A DNA stretch of 32,000 bases from the NCBI RefSeq assembly GCF_000223395.1, contig NC_015931.1:780001-812000 (forward strand). The letters run 5' to 3'. Below the pieces are notes generated by a model. It was not told where the DNA came from. It made no database searches and saw only the letters and a list, made by a program, of their open reading frames with translations. The DNA comes from Pyrolobus fumarii 1A (GTDB taxonomy: Archaea; Thermoproteota; Thermoprotei_A; Sulfolobales; Pyrodictiaceae). The translations under genes were made by a program, and so were the position numbers. Shown piece by piece: positions 1-7,947 of this stretch (the stretch's first letter is position 1; each line of letters opens with the position of its first letter).

Positions 1-808
1 AGTTGGTTTTTGGCGTCACACCGTCGAAGCTGAGGTATACTGTGTTTAGCCCGGCTTCTCTCAGAGCCCTAGCATACTCTACAGCCTTGACTGGGTCCTC
101 AACGTAAAGCTCAGCAAAACGGATGCCATTGGTGTTCAACTGTATATGTCGGACACCCTCCTCCTTCAACAGCTTGATTATCTCGACTAGGTCTTCGCGG
201 AGTGTTGGCTCGCCACCGGTGATCTGTACCGCTAGTGTCACACCCTGCGCCTTTGCACGTCGTATCATGTATCGTATCTGTTCAAGACTAGGCTCATAGA
301 CATAGCCAAACTTCTCGGCATAGAAGAAGCAGTACCAACATTTCAAGTTGCACCGGTTCGTGACAACAAGGTTGATGAGCGCACTGTGGTTGCGATGCAT
401 CGGGCATAAGCCACAATTGAAGGGGCACGGCGAGCTTAACTGTACATAGGGTAGTCGAACACCTCTACCCTCATCCTCGTACCTAATAAAGCGCTTGTAC
501 ATCCTAATGTCTCCAAAGTACAACTCCTCCATCTCACCGTGCTCCGGGCACACTTTTCTAATCCATACCCTCCCCTCACGCTCAAACACCACTGCCGGCA
601 GGAGACGATAGCATTGCGGACATAGACTTGCCGTGTAGGCTAGGAGATGCTCACCTTCGCGCAACTCAGGCTTGGGTCCACCGATTTTAGCTGCATGACC
701 CTCAATGTACACCGTTTTTGTCTTAGCGTCAAACTTGGACGGCGACGGCAACACCCGCCATTCGCCATGCCCCTCTACATCCTTCTTGGCGTCAAGCTTG
801 ATAGCCAA
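1..808 (-). CDS. Radical SAM enzyme, N-terminal part (the gene continues beyond the window start). It has an N-terminal Cys-ribbon plus a CxxxCxxC cluster. The architecture resembles the Tes/GDGT-MAS (tetraether lipid synthase) type of archaeal radical SAM proteins; that specific assignment is tentative.
   Basis: My own translation of the minus strand from TTG 808-806, with an in-frame TGA two codons upstream. It reads ...SLCPQCYRLLPAVVFEREGRVWIRKVCPEHG...SSPCPFNCGLCPMHRNH...LVVTNRCNLKCWYCFF...QITGGEPTLRED...LNTNG. The ORF is absent from the track because it is open at the window edge. Confidence 0.75.
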   Translation of the reverse strand, partial: MAIKLDAKKDVEGHGEWRVLPSPSKFDAKTKTVYIEGHAAKIGGPKPELREGEHLLAYTASLCPQCYRLLPAVVFEREGRVWIRKVCPEHGEMEELYFGDIRMYKRFIRYEDEGRGVRLPYVQLSSPCPFNCGLCPMHRNHSALINLVVTNRCNLKCWYCFFYAEKFGYVYEPSLEQIRYMIRRAKAQGVTLAVQITGGEPTLREDLVEIIKLLKEEGVRHIQLNTNGIRFAELYVEDPVKAVEYARALREAGLNTVYLSFDGVTPKTN

Positions 809-1023
809 CCCTCAACACTCCCTCGCTACAAATTACAATCTAGGATTTAAACGGGTTGAGGCGATACCCACGCGCCGCGTACCAAGCTACACCTAGGCAT
901 ACAGAGTAGAGCATGGACGACAATGTTAAACTATGAGGCTATACCCTCGTTGCTACACATGTCTTCATAAGACTAGGGTAGGGTGCATTCAAAGCCTATG
1001 TAATACGCCGAGGATGATGCACG

Positions 1024-1452
1024 ATGCTCGTGCCCGGTACGATAGTGATGATTGACCTCGACAAGTTTGGGGAGATTGTCGAGGAGAGGGGGTGGAGCGA
1101 ATACCGTCCTAACCCGGCCACGGGATTACTAACAATGCTTGTCGAGAGGCTCGTATCCAAGTGGCAGGGTGTTGTTCTCTACGGTCTTGATCCCGACCGA
1201 GGTACGGAGGAAGTCGTTATAGAGATACCATATGTAGAGCCCGAGGAGCTGCTTGACGATCTCAAGGCTATTCGGGAGGAGTTGAGGAAGGTGGGCGTCA
1301 CCGCCACGATAGTAGCTGTGCGAGGCTATGTGGGGCTAAAGCCAACCGGTGATAGAAGAGAGGCTTACGAAGGCACACCGTATCGCCGCCTTGCAGCCAA
1401 GTTGCTACGTAAGGCTAAACGGCGAGGAGGCGATACGATCGTAATAGCCTAG
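1024..1452 (+). CDS. Minimal (142 aa) GGDEF / class III nucleotidyl-cyclase-like palm-domain protein. Compare the diguanylate cyclase fold, archaeal GTP cyclohydrolase III and mCpol.
   Basis: Motif order matches a GGDEF domain. IVMIDLDKFGEI corresponds to DxDxFK, DRGTEEVVIEIP to RxGGEEFxxxxP, VTATIVAV to the TxSxG strand, and LLRKAKRRGGDTIVI to the AKxxGRNRV C-terminus. SD-like GAGGATGA lies 6 nt upstream of ATG 1024. Confidence 0.6.
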   Translation: MLVPGTIVMIDLDKFGEIVEERGWSEYRPNPATGLLTMLVERLVSKWQGVVLYGLDPDRGTEEVVIEIPYVEPEELLDDLKAIREELRKVGVTATIVAVRGYVGLKPTGDRREAYEGTPYRRLAAKLLRKAKRRGGDTIVIA

Positions 1453-2018
1453 CATTTTACTACACGTGGTCCTGCGCCAGCACGAGCAATCACACTATAT
1501 TCAAGCGCGTATAACAAGTCGCTAAGCCTGTTAATCAGCTTCAACATGATCCTTATGTTCTCGTCGCTTCCTCTCCCGGCTACACTCACACACCTCCAGA
1601 TACTCCTTTCTGCCCTTCTCACTATGCTACGCGCGAGTGCTATACTAGCAGCCAACAAGTCACCAGAGTGTAGCGTGAAGCCCCTGGGAGGCTCTGGGAG
1701 AAGTTCATCTATCTTCCTTTCAACCTCCCTTACATCCCGCTCATCTACACACTTCTTCATTCGCCGCGGGTTTTGCGCCCCCAGCTCCCAGAGTTGAAAC
1801 CCTACACGGAAGAGCATCTCCTGCACCCAGTCTAGCAGTTCAGCCTCCTTCTCGTGCCCCTCTCTCCTCGCTATTGCGGCGGCTAGGCCCAGAGCAGATT
1901 CAGCTTCATCAAGGTCTCCTACAGCCTCCACGCACTCATGCGTCTTGGGCACACGGCCAGCTAGAGGCGCCCACGTGTAACCCTCATCACCTGTACGCGT
2001 GTATATCCTCGGCATCAC
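1449..2018 (-). CDS. ATP:cob(I)alamin adenosyltransferase, PduO/MMAB type
   Basis: N-terminal IYTRTGDEGYT signature of the PduO-type adenosyltransferase family, at ~189 aa. The start is GTG 2018 or ATG 2015. Confidence 0.75.
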   Translation of the reverse strand: MMPRIYTRTGDEGYTWAPLAGRVPKTHECVEAVGDLDEAESALGLAAAIARREGHEKEAELLDWVQEMLFRVGFQLWELGAQNPRRMKKCVDERDVREVERKIDELLPEPPRGFTLHSGDLLAASIALARSIVRRAERSIWRCVSVAGRGSDENIRIMLKLINRLSDLLYALEYSVIARAGAGPRVVKC

Positions 2019-2049
2019 GCTACGCCAGGAGTGTGCCGCGTGCAGAGGG

Positions 2050-2625
2050 TTAGAGGTTGCGCGCTAGGCTGGCAAGTCTCCTTGCCGCGTAAGCCGCTAG
2101 GCCGGGTGCAGGCCGCAGGGCGATACCAACGCCCATTCTCGTTATCCAAGCTGCAAGGCACCCCGCACTACAGGAGTCGAGAAGCTCTGTAAGCATCTTG
2201 CCTCGTCTTCCTCCACATAACCGCGCGTTTGCCAGACCTAGTCGCGCCAATACGCGTCTAACTGGACGCGTCGCTTTGCGTATAATAACACACTCCTCGC
2301 CTATTATACCCCCATGCGGCTCAGCCTCCAACACGAGTATATCATGCTCCCCGCGCACATACACAATTGGCAAGTATAGTAGCGCATGACGCGGCGTGAG
2401 CACCAGCAGCGCACGTACCTCTCGCAAACCCCGGACGCGATACTTGGCATGGAAACCTACGTATAGACCAAGTAGTTTATACTCCTTATCAACGGGGTTA
2501 AGCGCTTCCTCGAGTTCTAGAGACACATCGCGAATCAACGCTATCATGTAACGCCTGACCGGGAAGAACCACGCAACACTCGCCCCGCTAAGCACCAGCA
2601 GAAGCGCAAGACCCGCTTCAATCAA
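2050..2625 (-). CDS. Hypothetical protein with an N-terminal membrane anchor
   Basis: 191-aa ORF with a TTG start and a hydrophobic N-terminus (IEAGLALLLVLSGASVAWFF). I recognised no motif. Confidence 0.45.
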   Translation of the reverse strand: MIEAGLALLLVLSGASVAWFFPVRRYMIALIRDVSLELEEALNPVDKEYKLLGLYVGFHAKYRVRGLREVRALLVLTPRHALLYLPIVYVRGEHDILVLEAEPHGGIIGEECVIIRKATRPVRRVLARLGLANARLCGGRRGKMLTELLDSCSAGCLAAWITRMGVGIALRPAPGLAAYAARRLASLARNL

Positions 2626-2672
2626 AGCGCCGCAGCCGTAAACCTATACGAGACGCCCCCATATCAATGACT

Positions 2673-2764
2673 GGGCCCCGCTGAAGAACGATGGGCGGCT
2701 CTAGCCCCGCGGGGGCTGCGCCCCCCGCGGCGGGATGCAGACCCATTGTAGCACCGAGGGGCCC
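2673..2764. other. GC-rich three-tier imperfect hairpin (candidate structured RNA or DNA element)
   Basis: GGGCCCC 2673-2679 pairs with GGGGCCC 2758-2764. GATGGG 2690-2695 pairs with CCCATT 2742-2747. CCGCGGGGG 2707-2715 pairs with CCCCCGCGG 2722-2730. The stems are separated by two roughly symmetric internal loops. Confidence 0.3.
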
Positions 2765-2767
2765 TAT

Positions 2768-3559
2768 TCACTTCTCAACCGGCTCGTAGTGTATGGTTAG
2801 GATTACACGCCTCTGCCTTAGCACCTCTTCAACCTCGTCTACAACTCGATGCGCCTCTCTCAAACTATCCGAATCAACCCTCACAATCGCATCGCCAATG
2901 TACTCGCCAGGCAACACCGGCCTAAGCCTCACACTCACAACATGCAAGCCACGTTTCTCCAATTCACGTTCAATGGCTTCTATCAGCTCAGGAGGCACCC
3001 TCTCTGTTATCAGCTCTGTCACCTCCATTACATGCTCGTAGAGCTCATAGAGGAGGTATGCCAGGAGCCCCCACGCAATGATAAGGTCTATCAACGGGTT
3101 GATTAGGCTGCCGCCTAGCGCTGCAATAACAGTCGCAACCCCCTCGTATATCTCGCTAAACGTGAATGCCGCGTAAGCCTTACCCGCGAGCCCCATCCTC
3201 CTAGCTAGTAGTATTGCCGCCGCGTATGCCACGATACCAGCAGTAGCATAGTATGCGGCTGCGAGTGGGATAGTGTGAGCGGGCGGCTCTAGAAGTAGCT
3301 CGGCAGCCGCATACCCGGATATAAATCCGTATATCACCGTCACCCATAACACGCCTGCTGCCTCGAAACGCTTGTGACCGTAAGGGTGGTCACGGTCGGC
3401 TGGCATTGAGGCTATCCTCGTTGCTTGGTAAACCGCGCCCATCGCAACGAGGTTGGCTATACACGTGAGTAGATCTACGAATGCTGCCTTGCTACCTTCA
3501 AGTGCCGCCAGCCCCTTAAGGACGGTGCCAATCAACACTAGCACGAATACTATCAGCAC
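2768..3559 (-). CDS. Cation diffusion facilitator (CDF) family transporter, short form
   Basis: ADRDHPYGHKRFE matches the CDF HPFGHGRxE loop. There are multiple TM segments and a C-terminal cytoplasmic domain (HVVSVRLRP...IVRVD). SD GAGGTGAT lies 5 nt before GTG 3559. Confidence 0.7.
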   Translation of the reverse strand: MLIVFVLVLIGTVLKGLAALEGSKAAFVDLLTCIANLVAMGAVYQATRIASMPADRDHPYGHKRFEAAGVLWVTVIYGFISGYAAAELLLEPPAHTIPLAAAYYATAGIVAYAAAILLARRMGLAGKAYAAFTFSEIYEGVATVIAALGGSLINPLIDLIIAWGLLAYLLYELYEHVMEVTELITERVPPELIEAIERELEKRGLHVVSVRLRPVLPGEYIGDAIVRVDSDSLREAHRVVDEVEEVLRQRRVILTIHYEPVEK

Positions 3560-3613
3560 GCGCCATCACCTCAACGTTGCCGTGAATCTCTCGGGCATCG
3601 CATCACGTCCCAC

Positions 3614-3622
3614 TTTATTTTT
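3614..3622. promoter_or_regulatory. A/T box (TTTATTTTT) between the divergent CDF and OCD-family genes; candidate shared TATA element
   Basis: It is the only A/T-rich element in the 146-nt divergent spacer. Its centre lies ~27 nt upstream of 3645 on the + strand and ~59 nt upstream of GTG 3559 on the - strand. Confidence 0.35.
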
Positions 3623-3705
3623 CTCCCAGATGGGTGTCTGGATAGTGGTGAGGTTTTCTGACCGCCAGCAATCCGGGCGAGGTACTACTCCTTACACCCG
3701 AGGAC

Positions 3706-4665
3706 GTGGCTAGGCTCTTCGATCTTCACGCGATAGTCAGTGCCGTTGAAGAGGCGTTCCGCGAGAAGGGGTTAGGCCGTGTCCAGATGCCGCCGAAACA
3801 GTACCTTTTCTTCGAGGGGGGTGGCGACTGGAGGATAATGCCTGCCTACATACCTTCGATGAGACTAGCTGGCGTCAAGACTGTTGGTGTTAACCCCCAG
3901 AACCCTAAGCGGGGCCTAGCTACGGTCATAGCCCTCATAGAGCTCGTTGATCCCGACACTGGTCATCCTCTTGCAGTGATGGATGGCACCTTGATAACGG
4001 CTTGGAGGACGGGTGCTGCGGGTGCAATAGCCGCCAAGTACATGGCTAGAAGCGGCTCTACAGTCATGGGCGTTATTGGGGCTGGCGTGCAGGGCCGTAT
4101 GCAGGTATACTTCACAGTGGAAACGGTAAGGACGATAACCAGAGTCAAGATATTCGATGTTAGACGCGAGGCCGCAAAGTCCCTGGCGGTGTTTGTCGAA
4201 AAGGAGCTTGGCATTGACGCGAGCATTGTAGATGAGCCTCTCGCGGCCGTGAAAGGCGTGGATATACTTGCCACATGTACGCCAGCCAGGAGCCCTATAG
4301 TGAGGGGCGACTGGATCGAAGAGGGCCTTCATATCAACGCTATTGGCGCTGATGCGCCTGGGAAGGAGGAGCTAGACCCAGCCATACTCCAGAAGGCAAG
4401 AATAGTTGTAGACGACTTTGTACAAGCATCGCACAGCGGCGAGATTAACGTACCCCTCGAAGAGGGTTACATCAGCGAGCGCGACATTTACGCCGAGTTG
4501 GGCGAGGTAGTAGCAGGGCTTAAACCCGGACGTGTAGACGACCGCGAAATAACCATCTTTGACTCGACAGGTCTCGCCATACAAGATGTGGCCGCCGCTC
4601 GTGTGGTATACGAGGCTGCATTGAGGACTGGCCTAGGCACACGCATGAAGCTAGTTATGGCTTAG
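3706..4665 (+). CDS. Ornithine cyclodeaminase / mu-crystallin family protein (archaeal alanine dehydrogenase-like). The true start is probably upstream of 3706.
   Basis: Family-typical N-terminus (AVEEAF...MPPK), Rossmann motif GVIGAGVQG and C-terminal FDSTGLAIQD. The in-frame upstream codons encode VLLLTPEDV, which matches the family N-terminus. Confidence 0.8.
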   Translation: MARLFDLHAIVSAVEEAFREKGLGRVQMPPKQYLFFEGGGDWRIMPAYIPSMRLAGVKTVGVNPQNPKRGLATVIALIELVDPDTGHPLAVMDGTLITAWRTGAAGAIAAKYMARSGSTVMGVIGAGVQGRMQVYFTVETVRTITRVKIFDVRREAAKSLAVFVEKELGIDASIVDEPLAAVKGVDILATCTPARSPIVRGDWIEEGLHINAIGADAPGKEELDPAILQKARIVVDDFVQASHSGEINVPLEEGYISERDIYAELGEVVAGLKPGRVDDREITIFDSTGLAIQDVAAARVVYEAALRTGLGTRMKLVMA

Positions 4666-4682
4666 CACGCGCCTCAAAGGAG

Positions 4683-6398
4683 CTATGGGGTGCACGCATA
4701 GCCTCTCTCTACAGAGAAGTATTGGTCCAGTCCTAGCATGCGAAGCTGCTGATCGCTTGTAAATGGCCTCCACCTTGCTATCTCCTCTGCAACCTTACTA
4801 CCAAAAGCCTCGCGTATGAGTTTCAACGGCGTCTTGTTTGGCTCGAGGGGGAGCGGCAACCCTCTCACGCTCCTAGCGCCATACGCGTATACGACCACGT
4901 CTACGACTCCCCTATCGCCTATCTTGCATGGCAACTCCGCGACTAGCGGGTAGCTCCCAGTTTGCCTCGCAAACGTAACTCCTAGCGAAGGCTCATAATA
5001 CTCTATGTATAGCCTCCGTAGGATTGTACCGCGCGGAACAACCCTCTGCAGGAACAATCTCGAGTACTGCATCACTCGCCTCTTGAAGCTCTGCACCAGC
5101 CTACGATGCTCGCGTACCCAGCGATCACCATAACCCCACATTCTCGTACCGGGGAGTATCAACACCTGCCGCACGTTTATCCTACGAACCAACAGACCCT
5201 CGCGGTACACCCTCTCTATGAACTCCAGGTTGAGACGATATGTTTCCTTCGTCTCACCTTTCAACCCCAACACGAAGTTAATGCCGGGTAACAGCTCGGG
5301 GAGACCATTCCACCCCCTCTTCGCACCAAGCTCGTTAACAACACGTATCGCCTCAAGCGCCTCATCAGGGTAGACACCGAGGTTGTTAGCCTCTATCACA
5401 CGCGGATCGGCACTCTCAATGCCCATCGCTGCCACATCACCAGGCGTGTGATACTCTATTATCACTTTGAGCGCCTCACGAGCCTCACGCTTATGGTGCA
5501 CGATTGTACCTGGGTTCACATTGTCTATGTGTAGCGTCTCGAGCTCCGGCGCTACACTCCTAATGCCGTGTAGCAGGCGTCTTAGAGCCTCCGGGTTCGG
5601 CCTGGGCCACTCTCTGTCGCCTATCTCGGGACTACCATAGATCAGTATGTCTGGCTGCCTACCTAGCCTGAAAGCACGAACACCATACCGGTACAGGGCC
5701 TCTACCTCTCTCACGATAGCCTCTGGGCTTCTCTGTACAGGCCTCCCATACGCGGGTTCAATGCAGAAGCTACACCCGCCCACAACATTACGTGGGCATC
5801 CACGGAATGTCTCAATCTCGGCTATCAGGTTGTAACCATGGTTCGGGTGCTGCTCTACTATCTTAGCCCCTAGCACAGCGAACTTGTCAACAAGGCTATA
5901 GTCCCGGCGAACCTCGTAGGGGCTGGCGGCACTCTCACCCTCCGACAGGAGCCTATACACGTAGAGCTCCGGGTCACCCTTCACAATAGCATCGAACGAC
6001 TCTGAAACCTCCTTTGGGAGAGCTGCTACCCGTCCACCCTCGCCACTACTAATTCCGAACCTTGCAGCCGGCCCAACAAGCACCTTGAAAGGCTTCTCTA
6101 TGAGCCTAAACCACGTCTTCAGCTCCTCGAGTCTAATCGGCTCTCCACCAAGATACTTGCCTGGCACAACAACGCCAGCTATTACGACGAGAAGATCGTA
6201 CTCGTTCGCCCTAGCTATGAACTTGTGTATATCCTTCCTAGCCTCATCTACGGTCACATAATCCACTCGAATACTCTTGTCTACGCTCCACACAGCACCA
6301 GCAATGTACCTGGGATAGACGTCAATATACGGCGGGACGCCTAGGCCTGCAGGCTCATCCGTATACCCGTCTAGTATCAAGACTTTAGAGATGCGCAC
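4683..6398 (-). CDS. Radical SAM protein, COG1031-like (N-terminal B12-binding-like domain, C-terminal HhH-like tail)
   Basis: ETFRGCPRNVVGGCSFCIEP cluster region, at 571 aa. GTG start with GAGGGTG 4 nt upstream. Confidence 0.65.
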   Translation of the reverse strand: MRISKVLILDGYTDEPAGLGVPPYIDVYPRYIAGAVWSVDKSIRVDYVTVDEARKDIHKFIARANEYDLLVVIAGVVVPGKYLGGEPIRLEELKTWFRLIEKPFKVLVGPAARFGISSGEGGRVAALPKEVSESFDAIVKGDPELYVYRLLSEGESAASPYEVRRDYSLVDKFAVLGAKIVEQHPNHGYNLIAEIETFRGCPRNVVGGCSFCIEPAYGRPVQRSPEAIVREVEALYRYGVRAFRLGRQPDILIYGSPEIGDREWPRPNPEALRRLLHGIRSVAPELETLHIDNVNPGTIVHHKREAREALKVIIEYHTPGDVAAMGIESADPRVIEANNLGVYPDEALEAIRVVNELGAKRGWNGLPELLPGINFVLGLKGETKETYRLNLEFIERVYREGLLVRRINVRQVLILPGTRMWGYGDRWVREHRRLVQSFKRRVMQYSRLFLQRVVPRGTILRRLYIEYYEPSLGVTFARQTGSYPLVAELPCKIGDRGVVDVVVYAYGARSVRGLPLPLEPNKTPLKLIREAFGSKVAEEIARWRPFTSDQQLRMLGLDQYFSVERGYACTP

Positions 6399-6557
6399 GA
6401 TACACCCTCATATGCTAAATCAACATACAAACCAGGATGAGCTTTTACCCGCAAGCGGCTCGGATGCCAGCCCGTGAGAATAAGCATTGACGACGCATCT
6501 CGGGTTGACATTGTGATTAAGGGAGAATTGGGGGTTGTGTGGCGGCGGGGCCCGCGT

Positions 6558-6634
6558 TGGTAGCGGGGGGTGGATTTGAACCACCGATCTCGGGGTTATG
6601 AGCCCCGCGGGCTACCAGGCTACCCTACCCCGCT
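6558..6634 (-). tRNA. Initiator tRNA-Met (anticodon CAU), CCA encoded
   Basis: Hand-folded cloverleaf: AGCGGGG/UA/GGGU-AGCCUGGUA-GCCC/G/CGGGG-CUCAUAA-CCCCG/AGAUC/GGUGG-UUCAAAU-CCACC/CCCCGCU/A/CCA. The A1:U72 pair and the three G-C pairs closing the anticodon stem are initiator hallmarks. Confidence 0.9.
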
Positions 6635-6719
6635 CCCCTACCCCGCCACCCACCGTTACAAGACAAACAAACAGCAAAGGTTTAATAAGAGTTGTGGCAC
6701 CGTGAGACCCTCTACACCA

Positions 6720-6785
6720 GGCTCGGTGCTGGTGTCCCTCTTCACCGGCTCGTTTGCCTCCGCAATACCAGCCCTCCTCACCGCC
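6720..6785 (-). ncRNA. Candidate C/D box sRNA
   Basis: Minus strand reads GGC-G-GUGAGGA(6781-6775)-GGGCUGGUAUUG-CGGA(6762-6759)-13 nt-GUGAAGA(6745-6739)-GGGACACCAGCA-CCGA(6726-6723)-GCC. Both guides are 12 nt. An ATATAA box (6809-6804) is centred ~22-27 nt upstream of the 5' end. The first guide is complementary to the crenarchaeal 16S 530-loop sequence as I recall it. Confidence 0.5.
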
Positions 6786-6813
6786 AGTGTAAAACATGAG
6801 GTGCTCTAGACAG

Positions 6814-7908
6814 TTATATCTTGCCTTGTTCCTGGAGCTTTGCGAGCTCATATTCTATCTGGTCGTCTAGCTCGGTTCGCTGCTTCCATCCGTCGGGGCA
6901 TCCTTCCCCTACGCGTATCGGCTTGTCAAGCCTCGAGAGTAGGACTACTCTACTCTCTACCTGCTGGCTTAGCACCTTGTACCCGGTTAGCTTTGCAAGC
7001 TTCTCTGCAAACACTCGGACCTCGACATGCTTTGGCATTGCGTCCTTGGGTAGACGGTAGCGCGAGGCTCCTAGCCACATGTACGCTTTTACCTCGACAT
7101 AGGTCGGCTGGGCTAGCTCGATGAGTTTCGCGAAGCCACGCAACGCCTCGTCATGCATGTTGAACCCTTTGACAAGCGTTATTCTTATGGTTGTTGGGCT
7201 AGAGAAGCTCGGTAGCAGCTCAAGAGTCTTGAGTACCAACTCCCATGTCCTCGGGACTAGCGGCCTGTTGAATTCTTGGTAGCTCTTCTTGTCCCATGCC
7301 TCGATACTAACGTATAATTGCGTCGGCTCCTCCTCGAGGTTAGCTAGAACATCAGGCCTTACACCGCGTGTCACAAGGAATGTCGTCATGCCTCTCTTGT
7401 GTATCTCGCGTATCAACTCGCCAAGTCTCGGGTATAACGCCGGTTCACCGGTCAAGCTTATAGCTACGTGTTTCGGGTTCATGGCTTCCTCGAGCATCTT
7501 TGGATCAACCTTTGGATGCGCCCGGTACCCTGCTAGGCTCATACGATGAGCTTCTATGATACCCTCTGCTATCATCTCAGGGTCGTCTACAAATGGCATG
7601 TTAACCTCGTCCCACTGGGCGCCAACATCCTGCGGCCTTAGCCTCCAGCAGTGCAGACACGCATTCCAGCACCAGAGTGCCGTGGGGCTCATCTGGATGC
7701 AACGGTGACTCGCAATACCGTAGAACTTGCACTTGTAGCAGAAGCGTCCTTGCGTTAACGCCGCGTGCACCCAGTGACACTTCTTGACAGCCGTGTGCCT
7801 ACCAACGAATATGTAGCCTTGCTTTTGCAGCGTACGGTACACTGTGCGGTAGGGCTCTGGTATCTCCTCTAACTTCAACCTCCAGCGTTTCACACTGGTC
7901 TTCTGCAC
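6814..7908 (-). CDS. taw1: tRNA 4-demethylwyosine synthase (radical SAM, TYW1/Taw1)
   Basis: CYKCKFYGIASHRCIQMSPTALWCWNACLHCWR signature region, then SLTGEPALYP and a TIM-barrel remainder. 364 aa. Confidence 0.85.
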   Translation of the reverse strand: MQKTSVKRWRLKLEEIPEPYRTVYRTLQKQGYIFVGRHTAVKKCHWVHAALTQGRFCYKCKFYGIASHRCIQMSPTALWCWNACLHCWRLRPQDVGAQWDEVNMPFVDDPEMIAEGIIEAHRMSLAGYRAHPKVDPKMLEEAMNPKHVAISLTGEPALYPRLGELIREIHKRGMTTFLVTRGVRPDVLANLEEEPTQLYVSIEAWDKKSYQEFNRPLVPRTWELVLKTLELLPSFSSPTTIRITLVKGFNMHDEALRGFAKLIELAQPTYVEVKAYMWLGASRYRLPKDAMPKHVEVRVFAEKLAKLTGYKVLSQQVESRVVLLSRLDKPIRVGEGCPDGWKQRTELDDQIEYELAKLQEQGKI

Positions 7909-7947
7909 TACTCCACCCGAGCATTAGACTAGCCGAACACGGGTTTA

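Noticed and set aside
2673-2764. H/ACA box sRNA interpretation of the GC-rich hairpin
   Set aside because: The two-pocket architecture fits, but no ACA/ANA trinucleotide follows the basal stem on either strand (UAU on the plus strand, AGU on the minus strand). It is kept only as an unexplained structured element.
2768-3559. Possible loss of canonical metal-site residues in the CDF transporter (VDLLTCIAN where I would expect DxxxD/HxxxD)
   Set aside because: Without an alignment I cannot place the TM2/TM5 site residues reliably, so the point is not reported as a finding.
6440-6500. AGGAUGA and GUGAGAA box-like strings upstream of the COG1031 gene
   Set aside because: They are on the strand opposite to the neighbouring genes, there is no CUGA-type box at 12-nt spacing, and there is no closing stem.
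6570-6851. Two 79-aa track ORFs (6570-6809 plus strand, 6612-6851 minus strand)
   Set aside because: They overlap tRNA-iMet and the candidate sRNA, have Gly/Pro/Arg-rich compositions typical of GC-rich non-coding sequence, and lack start-site signals.
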